In this document: piece by piece, positions 38,333 through 50,427 of the stretch | How positions within the stretch are numbered: the stretch's first letter is position 1 | Layout of the letters: every line of letters starts with the position of its first letter | Origin: Squalus acanthias | Taxonomy: Eukaryota | Reading direction: 5' to 3' | NCBI GenBank assembly: GCA_030390025.1 | Contig: JASTWF010000034.1 | Coordinates: 4,588,001 to 4,652,000, forward strand | DNA length: 64,000 nt | Position numbers and translations under genes: made by a program | Notes under the pieces: generated by a model | The model's input: the letters and a program-made list of their open reading frames with translations, nothing else | Told to the model about the DNA's origin: nothing | The model's database searches: none

Positions 38333-41300
38333 ATGGAGTGCAGCTTGGAACCGAGTGTTAAGCTGCGAGTTTGGTGAGTGAGGGAGTTCATGGAGGGATA
38401 TGTTCCTTTCTTTTTCTGTCTTTGACAGCTTCCAAGACCTGGACAGTATTTCTACAGTCCAGTCATTAAAGTAAAAGTTAGGTCTCGAGTTTAGAGTAAG
38501 TAGTGTTTAAAGGGAAGCAAGATACCTAGTGTATTTAATATTCTTTAATTTAAAGGGAGTAAATTATGGGTAGGACATGTCAGGGCAGCTCGGCAGCGTG
38601 GAGTGCTCCTCCTGTGCTATGTTGGAAGTGAGGGACACTTTAGGTGTCCAGGGCGAACACATGTGCAGGAAGTGTCTCCAGCTGCAGCTACTCGGAATCC
38701 GCGTTTCGGAGCTGGAGCTGCGAATGGAGTCACTGTGGAGTATCCTGGAAGCTGAGATCTTCCTGGATAGAACATTTAACGAGGTGGTCAGACCACAGGT
38801 AAAGAGTGCATAGGCAAGCAGGAAATGGATGACCGCTACACAGCGTAAAAGAACTAGGAAGGCAGTGCAGGAGTCCCCTGGGTCCATCTCCCTCTCCAAC
38901 AGATTTTCCGTTTTGGATACTGATGGGGGAGATGGTTTCACAGGGGAATGCAGCAAGAGCCAAGTCCATGGCAGTATGAGTGGCTCAGCTGTACAGGAGT
39001 GGGGGTGTGTGGTAAAGAGTGGGAGAGCAATAGTGATAGGGGATTCTATCGTAAGGGGAACAGTTAGATGTTTCTGTGGCCACAGACGTGACTCCAAGAT
39101 GGTATGTTGCCTCCCTGGTGCCAGGTTCAAGGATTTAACTGAACGGCTGCAGTGTATTCTGAAGGGGGAGGGCGAACTATCAGAGGTCGTAATCCACATT
39201 GGTACCAACGACATGGGTAGAAAGAGGGATGAGGTCCTGCAACAAGTATTTAGGGAGCTAGGTAGCAGATTAAAAAGCAGGGCCTCAAAGGTTGTAATCT
39301 CTGTTTTACTCCCGGTGCCATGTGCTAGTGAGTATAGGAATAGAAGGATAGAGCAGATGAATGCGTGGCTAAAGACTTGGTGCAGGAGGGAGAGCTTTAG
39401 TATCCTGGATCACTGTTTCTGCTTCTGGGGAAAGTGGGACCTGTACAAGTCGGACGGGATGCACCTGAACCGGAACGGGACCAACATTCTTGCGGGGAGA
39501 TTTGCTGGTACTGTTGGGGGGAGCGGCGGTAATCTAACTTGGCAGAGGGATGGGATACGGAGTGGAGCTATAGTAGGGGGTGAATCACAGCCAAATATAG
39601 AGGAAAAAACAAGTCAGCCTGGAAGTCAGAGCGAATATGTAACGGCACAAGGGAGTATGGCAAGGCTGGATGTCATTTATTTTAATGCAAGGAGTCTTGC
39701 GTGTAAGGCAGATGAATTGAATGTGTTGGTGAACACATGGGATATGATACTGTTGCTATCACAGAGACATGGTTGAGGGAGGGGCAGGTCTGGCAGCTCA
39801 ATATTCCGGGGTATAGAATCTTCAGGCGAGACAGAGGGGTATGTAAAAGCGGAAGGGGTGTCGTAATATTACTCAAGGAGTCAATTACTGCTGTAAGGAG
39901 GGATGATATCTTAGCAGGTTCCTCTAATGAGGCCATATGGGTAGAACTTAACAACAAAAAGTGAGCAAGCACTTTGCTGGGAGTGTACTATAGGGCGCCA
40001 AACAGTCAGGGGGAGATAGACGAATAGATATGTAGGCAAATCTCAGAGAAGTGTCGAAATAATAGGGTAATATTAGTAGGGGATTTCAACTTCCCCAATA
40101 TCAACTGGGATAGTGAGAGTGTGAAAGGCTTAGAGGGTGCGGAATTCTTAAAGTGCATCCGGAAGAGCGTTTTGCGCCAGCATGTAGAAAGTCCTACCAG
40201 ACAGGGGGCGGTTCTGAACCTAATTCTAGGGAATGCAGCTGGGCAAGTGGTGGAAGTGTTAGTAGGAGAGCATTTTGGTGACAGTAACCATACTTCGGTG
40301 AGATGTAAGGTAGTCGTGGAAAAGGACAAAGACGGACCGGAAATAAAGGTTCTAAATTGGGGAAATGCCGAATTTAATATGATAAGGCCGGATCTGCCAA
40401 AGTGGAGTGGATTAGCTACTTGTAGGAACATCCACATCAGAGCAGTGGGAGTCTTTCAGAAAGGAAATAGAGAGTGTACAACGCCAACATGTTCCCGTAA
40501 AGGTCAAGGGTGGGACCAACAAGCCCAGGGAACCCTGGATGTCAAGGGATATATAAGAATGGATTAGGAAAAAAAGGGAGACTTTTGGCAGATACAAAGG
40601 ACTAAAACAGTGGAAGACCTAAAGGAGTATAGAAAGTGCAGGGGGGTACTGAAAAAAGACATTAGGAGAGCAAAGAGGGGGCATGAAAAAACACTTGCGG
40701 GCAAAATAAAGGAAAATCAAGGTGTTTTATGAGTATATGAAGGGCAAGACGATAACCAGGGGAAGAGTAGGGCCCATTAGGGACCAAAGTGGCATTCTGT
40801 GTGTAGAGCCTGAAGATGTGGGTGTGGTTTTAAATGAATATTTTGCAGCTGTGTTCACTATGGAGAAGGACGATGTAGGCATAGAAATCAGGCAGGGCGA
40901 TTGTGATAAACTTGAACAAAATAGTATTGCGATGGAGGAGGTGCTAGCGGTTTTAGTGAGCATAAAAGTGGATAAATCCCCAGGCCCAGACGAGATGTAT
41001 CCCAGGCTGCAGTGTGAGGCAAGGGAGGAGATTGCAGGGGCTGTGACACAAATTTTCAGAACCTCTCTGGTCACAGGGGAGGTGCCAGATGACTGGAGAA
41101 CAGCTGGCGTATACCATTATTCAAGAAGGGTAGTAGGGATAAACCAGGGAATAATAGGCCAGTGAGCCTAACATCAGTGGTAGGGAAATTATTGGAAAAA
41201 ATTCTGAGGGACAGAATTAGTCTACACTTGGAGAGGCAAGGATTAATTAAGAATGTTCAGCATGGCTTTGTAAGGGGGAGATCAGTACTAACCAATTTGA

Positions 41301-42552
41301 TTTAATTTTTCGAGTGGGTGAATCGGTGTGTGGATGAGAGTAGTGCAGTTGATGTTGTCCACATGGACTTCAGTAAGACTTTTGACAATGTCCCACATGG
41401 GAGACTGGTCAAGAAGGTAAGAGCCCATGGGATCCAGGGCAATTTGGCACATTGTATCCAAAATTTGTTTCGTGGCAGGAGGCAGAGGGTGGTGGCCGAA
41501 GGTTGTTTTTGTGACTTGAAACCTGTGTCCAGTGGTGTACCGCAGGGATCGGTGCTGGGTCCTTTGCTGTTTGTAGTGTACATTAATGATTTAGATAGGA
41601 ATGTAGGAGGTATGATCAGTAAGTTCGCAGATGACACGAAAATTGGTGGAGTGGTAAATAGCGAGGTGGGAAGCCTCAGGTTACAGGACGATATAGACTG
41701 GTTGGTTAGATGGGCAGAACAGTGGCAAATGGAAATTAACCCTGAAAAGTGTGAGGTGATGCATTTTGGGAGGACTAACAAGGCAAGGGGATACACATTG
41801 AATGCTGAGACCCTAGGAAGGACAGAGGATCAGAGAGACCTTTGTGTGCATGTACATAGATCCCTGAAGGCAGCAGGACAGGTAGATAAGGTGGTTAAAA
41901 AGGCATATGGGATACTTGCCTTCATTCGCCGAGGCATAGAATATAAGAGCAGGTAGGTTGTGTTAGAGACGTACAAAATGCTAGTTAGGCCACAGCTGGA
42001 ATACTGTGTGCAGTTCTGGTCGCCACACTATAGGAAGGATGTGATTGCATTGGAGATGGTGCAGAGGAGATGACCAGGATGTTACCTTTGCTGGAGCGCT
42101 GCAGCTATGAAGAGAGACTGGACAGCCTGGGGTTGTTTTCCTTAGAGCAGAGAACGCTGAGGGGGGACCTGATTGAGGTGTACAAAATTATGAGGGGCAT
42201 AGATAGGGTTGATAGAAATAAATGTTTCCCTTAGTAGAGGGGTCATTAACCAGGGCGCATAGTTTCAAGGTAAGCGGCAGGAGGTTTAGAGGGGATTTCA
42301 GGAAAATCTTTTTCACCCAGAGTGTGGCTGGAATCTGGAACTCACTGCCTGAAACGGTGGTAGAGGCAGGAATCTTCACAGCATTCAAGAAGCATTGAGA
42401 TGAGCACTTGAAATGCCATAGCATACAAGGCTACGGACCAAGTGCTGGAAAATGGGAATAGAATGACTGGGCTTGATGGCCGTAGCGAACACAATGGACC
42501 GAAGGGCCTCTTTCTGTGCTGTATAACTATGACTCTATATATGACTCTATGA
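38333..42552 (+). mobile_element. Essentially full-length CR1 LINE (5'UTR, ORF1 zinc finger/leucine zipper + SGNH esterase, ORF2 APE+RT), inactivated
   Basis: ORF1 CSSC..CRKC..LELRMESL, GDSIV, GTND, DGMH; ORF2 motifs in ORFs 39737-41956; multiple stops and frameshifts; (ctatga)n tail. Confidence 0.95.
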
Positions 42553-42554
42553 CA

Positions 42555-44415
42555 GCGGCATAATTTCAAAGTTTGAAAATGATAGAAAACTCGGAAATGT
42601 TAATAAACAGTGAGAATGATAGTAACAGACTTCAGGAGGACGCCGACAGACTGGTGAAATGGGCAGACACATGGCAGATACAATTTAACACAGAGAAGGG
42701 TGAAGTGATACATGTTGGCAGGAAGCATGAGCAGAGGTAATATAAACTAAACGGTACAATTTCAAAGCGGGTGAACGATCAGAGAGACCTGGTGTGTACT
42801 TACACAAATCTTTGAAGTTGACAGGACAAGTAGTGATGTCTGTTAATAAAGCATACGGAGTCCTTGGCTTTACAAACAGAGACACAGAGTAACAAAATCC
42901 AGGTAGAAATGTTAACCTTTTAAAAAGCATTGGTTAGACCCCAGCTGGAGTATTGTGTCCAATTCTGAGCACCACACCTGTCATGTGGGACATTGTCAAA
43001 GGCCTTACTAATATCTACGTGGACTACATCAAATGCACTCCCCTCATCGACCCTCCTCATTGCCTCCTCAAAAAATTCAATCAAGTTAGTCAGACACGAA
43101 CTTCCCTTAACATTACCATGCTGACTGTCCTTGATTAATCTGAGCCTTTCTAAATGCCGATTTATACTGCCCCTCAGAATTATTCAATATTTTTTCCACC
43201 ACCAAGGTTAGACTGACTGCCCTGTAATTACTCGGTCTATCACTTTCTCCCTTTTTAAACAATGGTACAACGTTAGCAGTCCTCCAGTCCTCTGGCATCA
43301 TGCCTGTAGCCAGAGAGGATTGGAAAATGATGGTCTGAGCCTCCGCTATTTCCTCCCTTAACAGCCTGGGATACATTTCATCCGAGCCCCGTGATTTATC
43401 TAATTTCAAAGATGCTAAACCCCTTAATGTTTCCTCTGTCACTATGTTTGTCTCATCTAATATTTCACACACCTCCTCCTTAACTACAATGTCTGCATCG
43501 TCTCACTCTTCTGTGAAGACAGACACAAAGTATTTATTAAGAAACATATCCACGTCTTCCGCCTCTACACACAGATTAACGTTTTGTTCTATAATAGGCC
43601 ATACTCTTTCCCTAGTTATCCTCTTGCTCTTGATGTATATATAAAACATCTTTGGGTTTTCCTTGCCAATATTTTTTCATGCCTCTCTTTGCTTTCCTAA
43701 TTTCCTTTTTAATTTTACCCCTGCACTTTCTATACCCCCTCTAGCCTTTCTGTAGTATTGAGCTCTCGGTATCTGACAAAAGCTTCCTTTTTTTCCCTTA
43801 TCCTACCCTGTATTCCACTTGACATCCAGGGGGCTCTAAATTTGGAAGTCCCATCCTTTATCTTTTTGGGAATATATTTGCTCTGAGTCCTCACTATCTC
43901 CTCGTTGAATTCTTCCCACGGCTCTGCACTGATTTCCAATTAAGAAGCTGTTTCCAGTCCACTTTTCCTAAATCACATCTCAGCTTAGTAAATTTGGCCT
44001 TTCCCTAATTGAAAACTTTTAAACTTGGTCAGTCTTTGTCGTTTTCCATTAGGGAGATTAATATAGATGTTCCAGATTGTAATGGGTTTTGATAGAGTAA
44101 GTAAGTCGGTTTCCAGAGGCAGAATTGTGGATAACCACAGGAAAGAAATTTAAAGTAATTGGCAAAAGAACCAGAGGATGGATGAGAATTTTCTTCACGC
44201 ACTGAGTTTTGATCTAGAATGCACTGTCTGAGAACGTGGTGGAAGCAGTTTCATTAGTAAATTTCGAAAGGGAATGGGGTAATTAGATGAAGGGGAATTT
44301 TTTATGGGGCTCTGATTAAAGAGTAGGACTGAATTGATAACTCTTTTAAAGAGACGGCATGGACACGATGGGCCGAATGCCCTCCGTCTGTGATGTACCG
44401 TTCTATGATTCTATG
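42555..44415. mobile_element. Old + strand CR1 3' part (42555-42980 and 44050-44415) split by a - strand CR1 internal fragment (42980-44050)
   Basis: RT C-terminal motifs on +; PEDWRTANVVPLFKKG on -; attctatg tail at ~44400. Confidence 0.8.
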
Positions 44416-44619
44416 AGCAAGAGACAGAGAGAGAGCAGAGGGAGAGAGAAGAGGGGGAGAGAGAGAAAGGGAGAAAGAGAGAAATATAAAGAGACTGAAA
44501 GACAGGGAAAGGTACAGAGGGAGAGAAATTAACTTTAAAAGGGGAATTGGATAAATATCTGAATTGGAACAATTTGCAGGACTATGGGAAAAGAGCAAGG
44601 GAATGGAACTAATTGCAGG

Positions 44620-45090
44620 TGTGAGGTGATGGAGGCTTTTTAACATGAGAAGAATATTTAAATCGAGTTGTTGCCGGATCGGCAGCCAATGTTGGTCAGT
44701 GATCACAGGGGTGATGGGTGAACGGGACATGATATGTGTTAGGATATGGGCAGCAGAGTTTTGGATGAGCTCTAGTTTATGGAGGCTTGTTACTGGGAGG
44801 CCGGCCAGGAGAGCATTGGAATAGTCGACTCTGGATTTAGCAAATGTATGGATGAGGGTTTATTCAGCGGAAGGGCTGAGGTGGAGAGGAGATGGGTGAA
44901 ATTTTGGAGGTGGCAGTCGGCAGGACTGGAGATTCAAAAGATATGAGTTCGGAACTCAGCTCAGGGACAAAGAGATTTCAGAGGTTGCAAACAGTCTGGT
45001 TTAGCCTCAGACATTGACCAGGGAGGGGGACTGAATCGGTAGATAGAGAATGGAGTTTGTGACGAGGACCGAAGACAATGGCTCTTCCCA
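44620..45090 (-). mobile_element. L2-clade LINE fragment (RT C-terminus)
   Basis: SPITPVxxDxHWLPIRQxLDxxIL motif characteristic of the L2 ORF2 end. Confidence 0.7.
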
Positions 45091-45346
45091 AGACGTAAAT
45101 GAAAAAAATAATAGCACAGTGAAACGAGGTTTACACATCCAATTTCTGGATATAGAGACTTATCAAGGACACCAACAGCAGCAAAGAATGAAGAATAGTA
45201 ATACAGTTAGCAAAGGTTTGCAGAGTTAATAGCTGGATAGTGAGACTTACCTGGAACAACAACTGCAGCAAGGAGGGGAGAGTAAATGACACGAACAGTA
45301 ATACAGTAAAACATGGTTAACAGAATAGCTGGACAGAGAGACTTAC

Positions 45347-45611
45347 CAGGCACCCCAACAGCAGCAAGGAGGGGATAGTAAATGTATTGAATAATCTGAA
45401 GTGCCACATCTGTCCGCCAGTTTAATGATATATAATCATAATATGCTGAAAGAAAGTTAATATCCGAGCTGAAACTCCTGCCCATTGTTGTAACATTCCA
45501 ATCTCCTGTTATCAGATTCTGATCCATTGTTGTAACATTCCAATCTACTGTTCTCAGATTCTGATCCATTGTTGTAACATTCCAATCTGCTGTTCTCAGA
45601 TTCTGATCCAT
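45347..45611 (-). CDS. GPCR first coding exon '1b' (88 codons+1 nt): repetitive glycosylated N-terminus plus first half of TM1
   Basis: (MDQNLRTxDWNVTT)x3-MGRSF...IIQYIYYPLLAAVGVP; consensus donor G|GTAAGT at 45346, phase 1, in frame with 15806 (…AVGVP-V-NLVTIVIL). Confidence 0.8.
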
Positions 45612-45734
45612 TGTTGTAACATTCCAATCTACTGTTCTCAGATTCCGACTCCCTCTCTGTGGATCAGCGCGCTGATCCCTGTCAGTGCTGGAGGTGATGC
45701 TCCCACTGACACTATGTGATAACACATTGAAAGG

Positions 45735-45938
45735 AGTCCCTTATTAATAGAAGATGGCAACCCTGCACTGATACAATCAGAGTCCATGGAGACTGACATT
45801 AATTACAGTCACTGAACAAACAGCTTCAGTTAACCCGTGGAGACTGACATTAATTACAGTCACTGAACAAACATCTTCAGATAACCCGTGGAGACTGACA
45901 TTAATTACAGTCACTAAACAAACAGCTTCAGTTAACCC
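45735..45938 (-). promoter_or_regulatory. Putative promoter of exon 1b: TATA-like TATTAATAA (45741-45749) plus three tandem 51-bp copies of the conserved module
   Basis: tggagactgacattaattacagtcactgaacaaacagcttcagttaacccg x3 at 45787-45938; homologous to 29245-29345. Confidence 0.6.
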
Positions 45939-45977
45939 CTTTCAATCCAACACTTTTTGTACCACAGTAAAGTAGAA

Positions 45978-46585
45978 CATTTACCCGGTCCGGATGGGAA
46001 GTATGAGGATTGCTGAGGGAAGGAATGGTGGAAATAGCGCAGGCTCTTGCCAGAATATTTCAATCCTCCTTGGATATGGGAGTGGTACCAGCGGACTGGA
46101 GGGTTGCAAATGTTACACCGAGTTTAAAAAAGGAGAGAGGGATAAACCCTGTAACTGCAGGCCAGTCAGCCTAACGTCAGTGTTGGGGAAAACTCTAGAG
46201 GCCATATTCACAGAGAAAAGTTTCTGTCTTTGGAAAATACATGGATTGATAAATGACAACAAGCACGGATATATTAACGGCAAAGTGTGTCTGACAAACT
46301 TTGTTTTTTGTTCTTTGATGCAGTAACGGAAATGGTTGATGAGGGTAGTGCGGTTGATGTTGTGTATATGGACATTCAAAATGCATTTGATGAAGTAAAG
46401 TTGAATGGACTTGATAGGATCAAAGGGACAGTGGCAGTGGGGATCTGACATTGGCTGAGGGACAGAAAACCGAGAGTAGTGGTGAATGGTTGTTGTTCAG
46501 ACTGGAGGGAAGTGTACAGTGGTGTCCACCAGAGGTCGCTATTCGGACCACTGCTCTTTTTGATATGCATTAATGATATAGATAG

Positions 46586-46616
<31 letters not shown>

Positions 46617-46662
46617 GCGGGATAGTAGCAGGCTTCAGCAGGACATAGACAGACTGGTGAAA
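45978..46662 (+). mobile_element. Decayed CR1 RT fragment containing a (TA)n microsatellite (~46577-46612)
   Basis: FKKGERDKPxNxRPVSLTSV and VYMD motifs. Confidence 0.75.
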
Positions 46663-48215
46663 TGAGCAAAGTGATGAAAGGTGCCGTCGACAGTGCTATT
46701 ATGTGGCACTTACTCACCAATAACCTTCGCACCGATGCCCAGTTTGAGTTCCGCAAGGACCACTCGGCTCCAGACTTCATTACAGCCTTGATCCAAACAT
46801 GGACAAAGGAGCTGAATTTCAGTGGTGAGGTGAGAGTGACTGCCCTTGACATCATGGCAGCATTGGACTGAGTGCGGCATCAAGGAGCCTCAGTAAAATT
46901 GTGGCAATGGGAAGCAGGGGGAAAACTCTCCACTGGCTCAAGGCATACCCGGCTAAACGGAAGATGGTAGTTCTTTTTAGAGGTCAATCATCACAGCCCC
47001 AGGACATCGCTGCATGTGTACCTCAGGGCAGTGCCCTCGGCCCAACCATCTTCAGATACGTCATCAATTCCCTTCCATTCATCATAAGGTCAGAAATGGG
47101 GATGTTCACTGATGACTGCACAGTGTTGAGCGCCATTCACAACTCCACAGATAATGAAGCAGTCCATGCCCGCATGCAGCAAGACCTGGACGACGTTCAG
47201 GCTTTGGCTGATAAGTGGCAGGCAATAACTATCTCTAACAAGAGCCACATCCCCTTGACATTAAATGGGATTAGCATCGCCAAATCCGCCATCATCAACA
47301 TAGAAACATAGAATCTAGGAGCAGGAGTAGGCCATTCGGCCCGTCGAGCCTGCTCCGCCATTCAATACGATCATGGCTGATCATCCAAATCCAGTACCCT
47401 GTCCCTGCTTTAATCCCCACAGTACACATATCCCACCCTACCCCCGTAACCCCACGTATTTAATTCCCCCTAACATATCCCATCCTATCCCCATAACCCC
47501 ACATATTTAATCCCCCCTAACACTAAGGGTCAATTCATCAATATCCTGTGTGTCACCATTGACCAAAACCTTAACTGGACCAACCACATAAATACTGTGG
47601 CTAACAGAGCAGGTCAAGGCTGGGTATTCTGCGACGAGTGTCTCGCCTGCTGACTCCCCAAAGCCTTTCCACAATCTACAAGGCACAAGTCAGGAGTGTG
47701 ATGGAATACTATCCACTTGCCTGGATGAGTGCAGCTCCAACAACACTCAAGAAGCTCGACATCATCCAGGAAAAATCAGCCCACTTGATTGGTGTCCCAT
47801 CCACCACCTTAAAAAATCCCTCCCTCCACCAGCGGCGCACCGTGGCTGCAGTGTGTATCATCTACAAATTTCACTGCAGCAACTCGCTAAGGCGTCTTCA
47901 GCAGCACCGCCCAATCCCGCGGCCTCTTCCACCTAGAAGGACAAGGACAGCAGGAGCATGGGAACACCACCACCTGTAAGTTTCGCTCCAAGTCACACAC
48001 CATCCTGACCCGGAAGTATATCGTTGTTCCTTCATTGTCGCTGGGTCAAAATCCTGCAACTCCCTCAGTAACAGCACTGTCGGACCACCTTCACCTTACG
48101 GACTGCAGCGGTTCAAGAAGGCGGCTCACCACCACCTTCTCAAGGGCAATTAGGAATGGGCAATAAATGCTGGCCGTGCCAGCGATGCCACTTTCCATAA
48201 ATGAATAAAAATGAA
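46662..48215 (+). mobile_element. Family-B non-LTR retrotransposon (RT and 3' end) with nested antisense CR1/SINE stubs at ~47300-47535
   Basis: AQFEFRKDHS, ALDI, VPQGSALGP, FTDD, STIYKAQVRSVMEY; tail ataaatgctggcc...aatgaataaaa. Confidence 0.88.
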
Positions 48216-48234
48216 AAATACAAATGGCAGGGTA

Positions 48235-49716
48235 AATTCCATAGATTCTAGAACGGTTCCCGCGGATTGGAATGTCGCAAATCTGACCCCACTGTTTAAG
48301 AAAGGAGGGAGAGAGAAAACGGGCAACTACAGACCCGTTATCCTGACATCAGTAGTAGGGAAAATGCTTGAATATATTATTAAGGACGCGGTAACAGGGC
48401 ACTTAGAAAATTATAATAGGATTGGGCAGAGTCAACACGGATTTATGAAAGGGAAATTGTGTTTGACAACTCTGTTAGAGTTTTTGGAGGTTGTAACGAG
48501 CAGAATAGATAAGGGGGAGCCAGTAGATGTGGTGGATTTGGATTTTCAGAAGGCATTCGATAAGGGCCACACAAGAGGTTATTAAACAAAATTAGGGTTC
48601 ATGGGATTAGGGGTAATACACTAGCATGGGTTGAGGATTGGTTAACGGACAGAAAACAGAGAGTAGCAATAAACGGGTCATTTTCGAGTTGGCAGGTTGT
48701 AACGTTTGGGGTACCGCAAGAATCAATGCTTGGACCTCAGCTATTCACAATCCGCATCAATGATTTGGATGAGGGGACCAAATGTAATATATCCAAGTTT
48801 GCTGATGATACAAAGCTGGGTGGGAATGTAAGTTGTGAGGAGGATGCAAGGAGGCTTCAAGGAGATACAGACAGGCTAAGTGATTGGGCAAGAACATTAC
48901 AAATGGAATATAACGTGGAGAAATGTGAAGTTAGGAAAAATAGTAAAGTAGAGTATTTTTTAAATAGTGAGAGATTGGGAAATGTTGGTGTTCAGATGGA
49001 CCTGGGTGTACTTGTACGTGAATCACTGAAATTTAACATGTAGGTGCAGCAAGCAATTAGGAAAGCAAATGGTATGTTGGCCTTTATTACAAGAGGATTT
49101 GAGCATAAGAGTAAAGGCATCTTACTGCAATTATATAAGGCCCTGGTCAGACCACACCTGGAGTATTGTGTACAATTTTGGTCACCTTACCTAAGGAAGG
49201 ATATACTTTCCAAAGAGGGATTTCAACGAAGGTTCACCAGGCTGGGTCCTGGGATGGGGCGGAGGTTTTTCCTATGAGGACAGATTGAGTAGACTAGGTC
49301 TATATTTCTAGAGTTTAGAAGAATGAGAGGTGATCTCATTGTAACATACAAAATTCTTCCAGGGTACATGTTAGATGCAGGGAGGATGTTTCCACTGGCT
49401 GGGGAGTGTAGAACCAGGGATCACACTCGCAGAATAAGGGGTCGGCCAGCAAGGTCTGAGATGAGGAGAAATTTCTTCACTCAGAGGGTGGGGGATCTTT
49501 GGAAATCTCTACCTCTGAGGGCTGTGGTCGTTGAGTATATTCAAGACAGAGATCGATAGATTTTTGGATATGAAGGGAATCAAGGGATATTGGGAAAGTT
49601 CAGGAAAGTGGAGTTCAGGTAGAAGACCAGCCATGATGATCTTATAGAATGCTGCAGCAGGCTCAATGGGCCGAATGGCCTACTGCTGCTCCTATTTCTT
49701 ATCTTCCTATGTTCTA
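48235..49716 (+). mobile_element. CR1 LINE, RT to 3' end, disrupted
   Basis: ORFs 48211-49559 with NYRPV, QHGF, DFQKAFD and FADDTK motifs; CR1 tail. Confidence 0.92.
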
Positions 49717-49719
49717 ACT

Positions 49720-50420
49720 CTCACTATCTATCCCCATCATTCTCTTTACCTCTGTCTCTCTGTCTGTCTCTCTCTCTCTATGGCACTCCCCCTGGCTGTC
49801 TTTCTCTCTCTCTCTCTGTTTATATTTCTCTATGCTCACTCTTTGTCTTTGACTGTCTCTCTCTCTCTATCTTTGACATCCCGCACCCTGAATCTTCCCC
49901 TCAATGTCTCTCCCCCTCAGTCTCTCTCCCTCAATCTCTCTCCCCCCTCAAAATCCCTCTCCCCCTCAACCTTTCTCTCAACCTCTCCCCCTCACAATGT
50001 ATCTCCCCCAATCAGTCTCTCCCCCCTCAGTCTCTCCCCCCCTCACACTCTGCCCCCTCAGTCTCTCCCCCCAATCTCTCTCCCACAATCTATCTCCCCC
50101 TCAATGTCTCTCCACTCAATCTCTCCCTCAATGGCTCTCTCCCTCAATGGCTCTCCCCCTCAATGGCTCTCCCCCTCAATGGCTCTCCCCCTCAATGGCT
50201 CTCCCCCTCAATGGCTCTCCCCCTCAATGGCTCTCCCCCTCAATGGCTCTCCCCCTCAATGGCTCTCCCCCTCAATGGCTCTCCCCCTCAATGGCTCTCC
50301 CCCTCAATGGCTCTCCCCCTCAATGGCTCTCCCCCTCAATGGCTCTCCCCCTCAATGGCTCTCCCCCTCAATGGCTCTCCCCCTCAATGGCTCTCCCCCT
50401 CAATGGCTCTCTCCCTCAAT
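49720..50420. repeat. CT-rich low-complexity tract ending in a near-perfect 16-bp tandem repeat (caatggctctccccct, ~17 copies, 50143-50415)
   Basis: Direct reading. Confidence 0.92.
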
Positions 50421-50427
50421 GTCTCTG

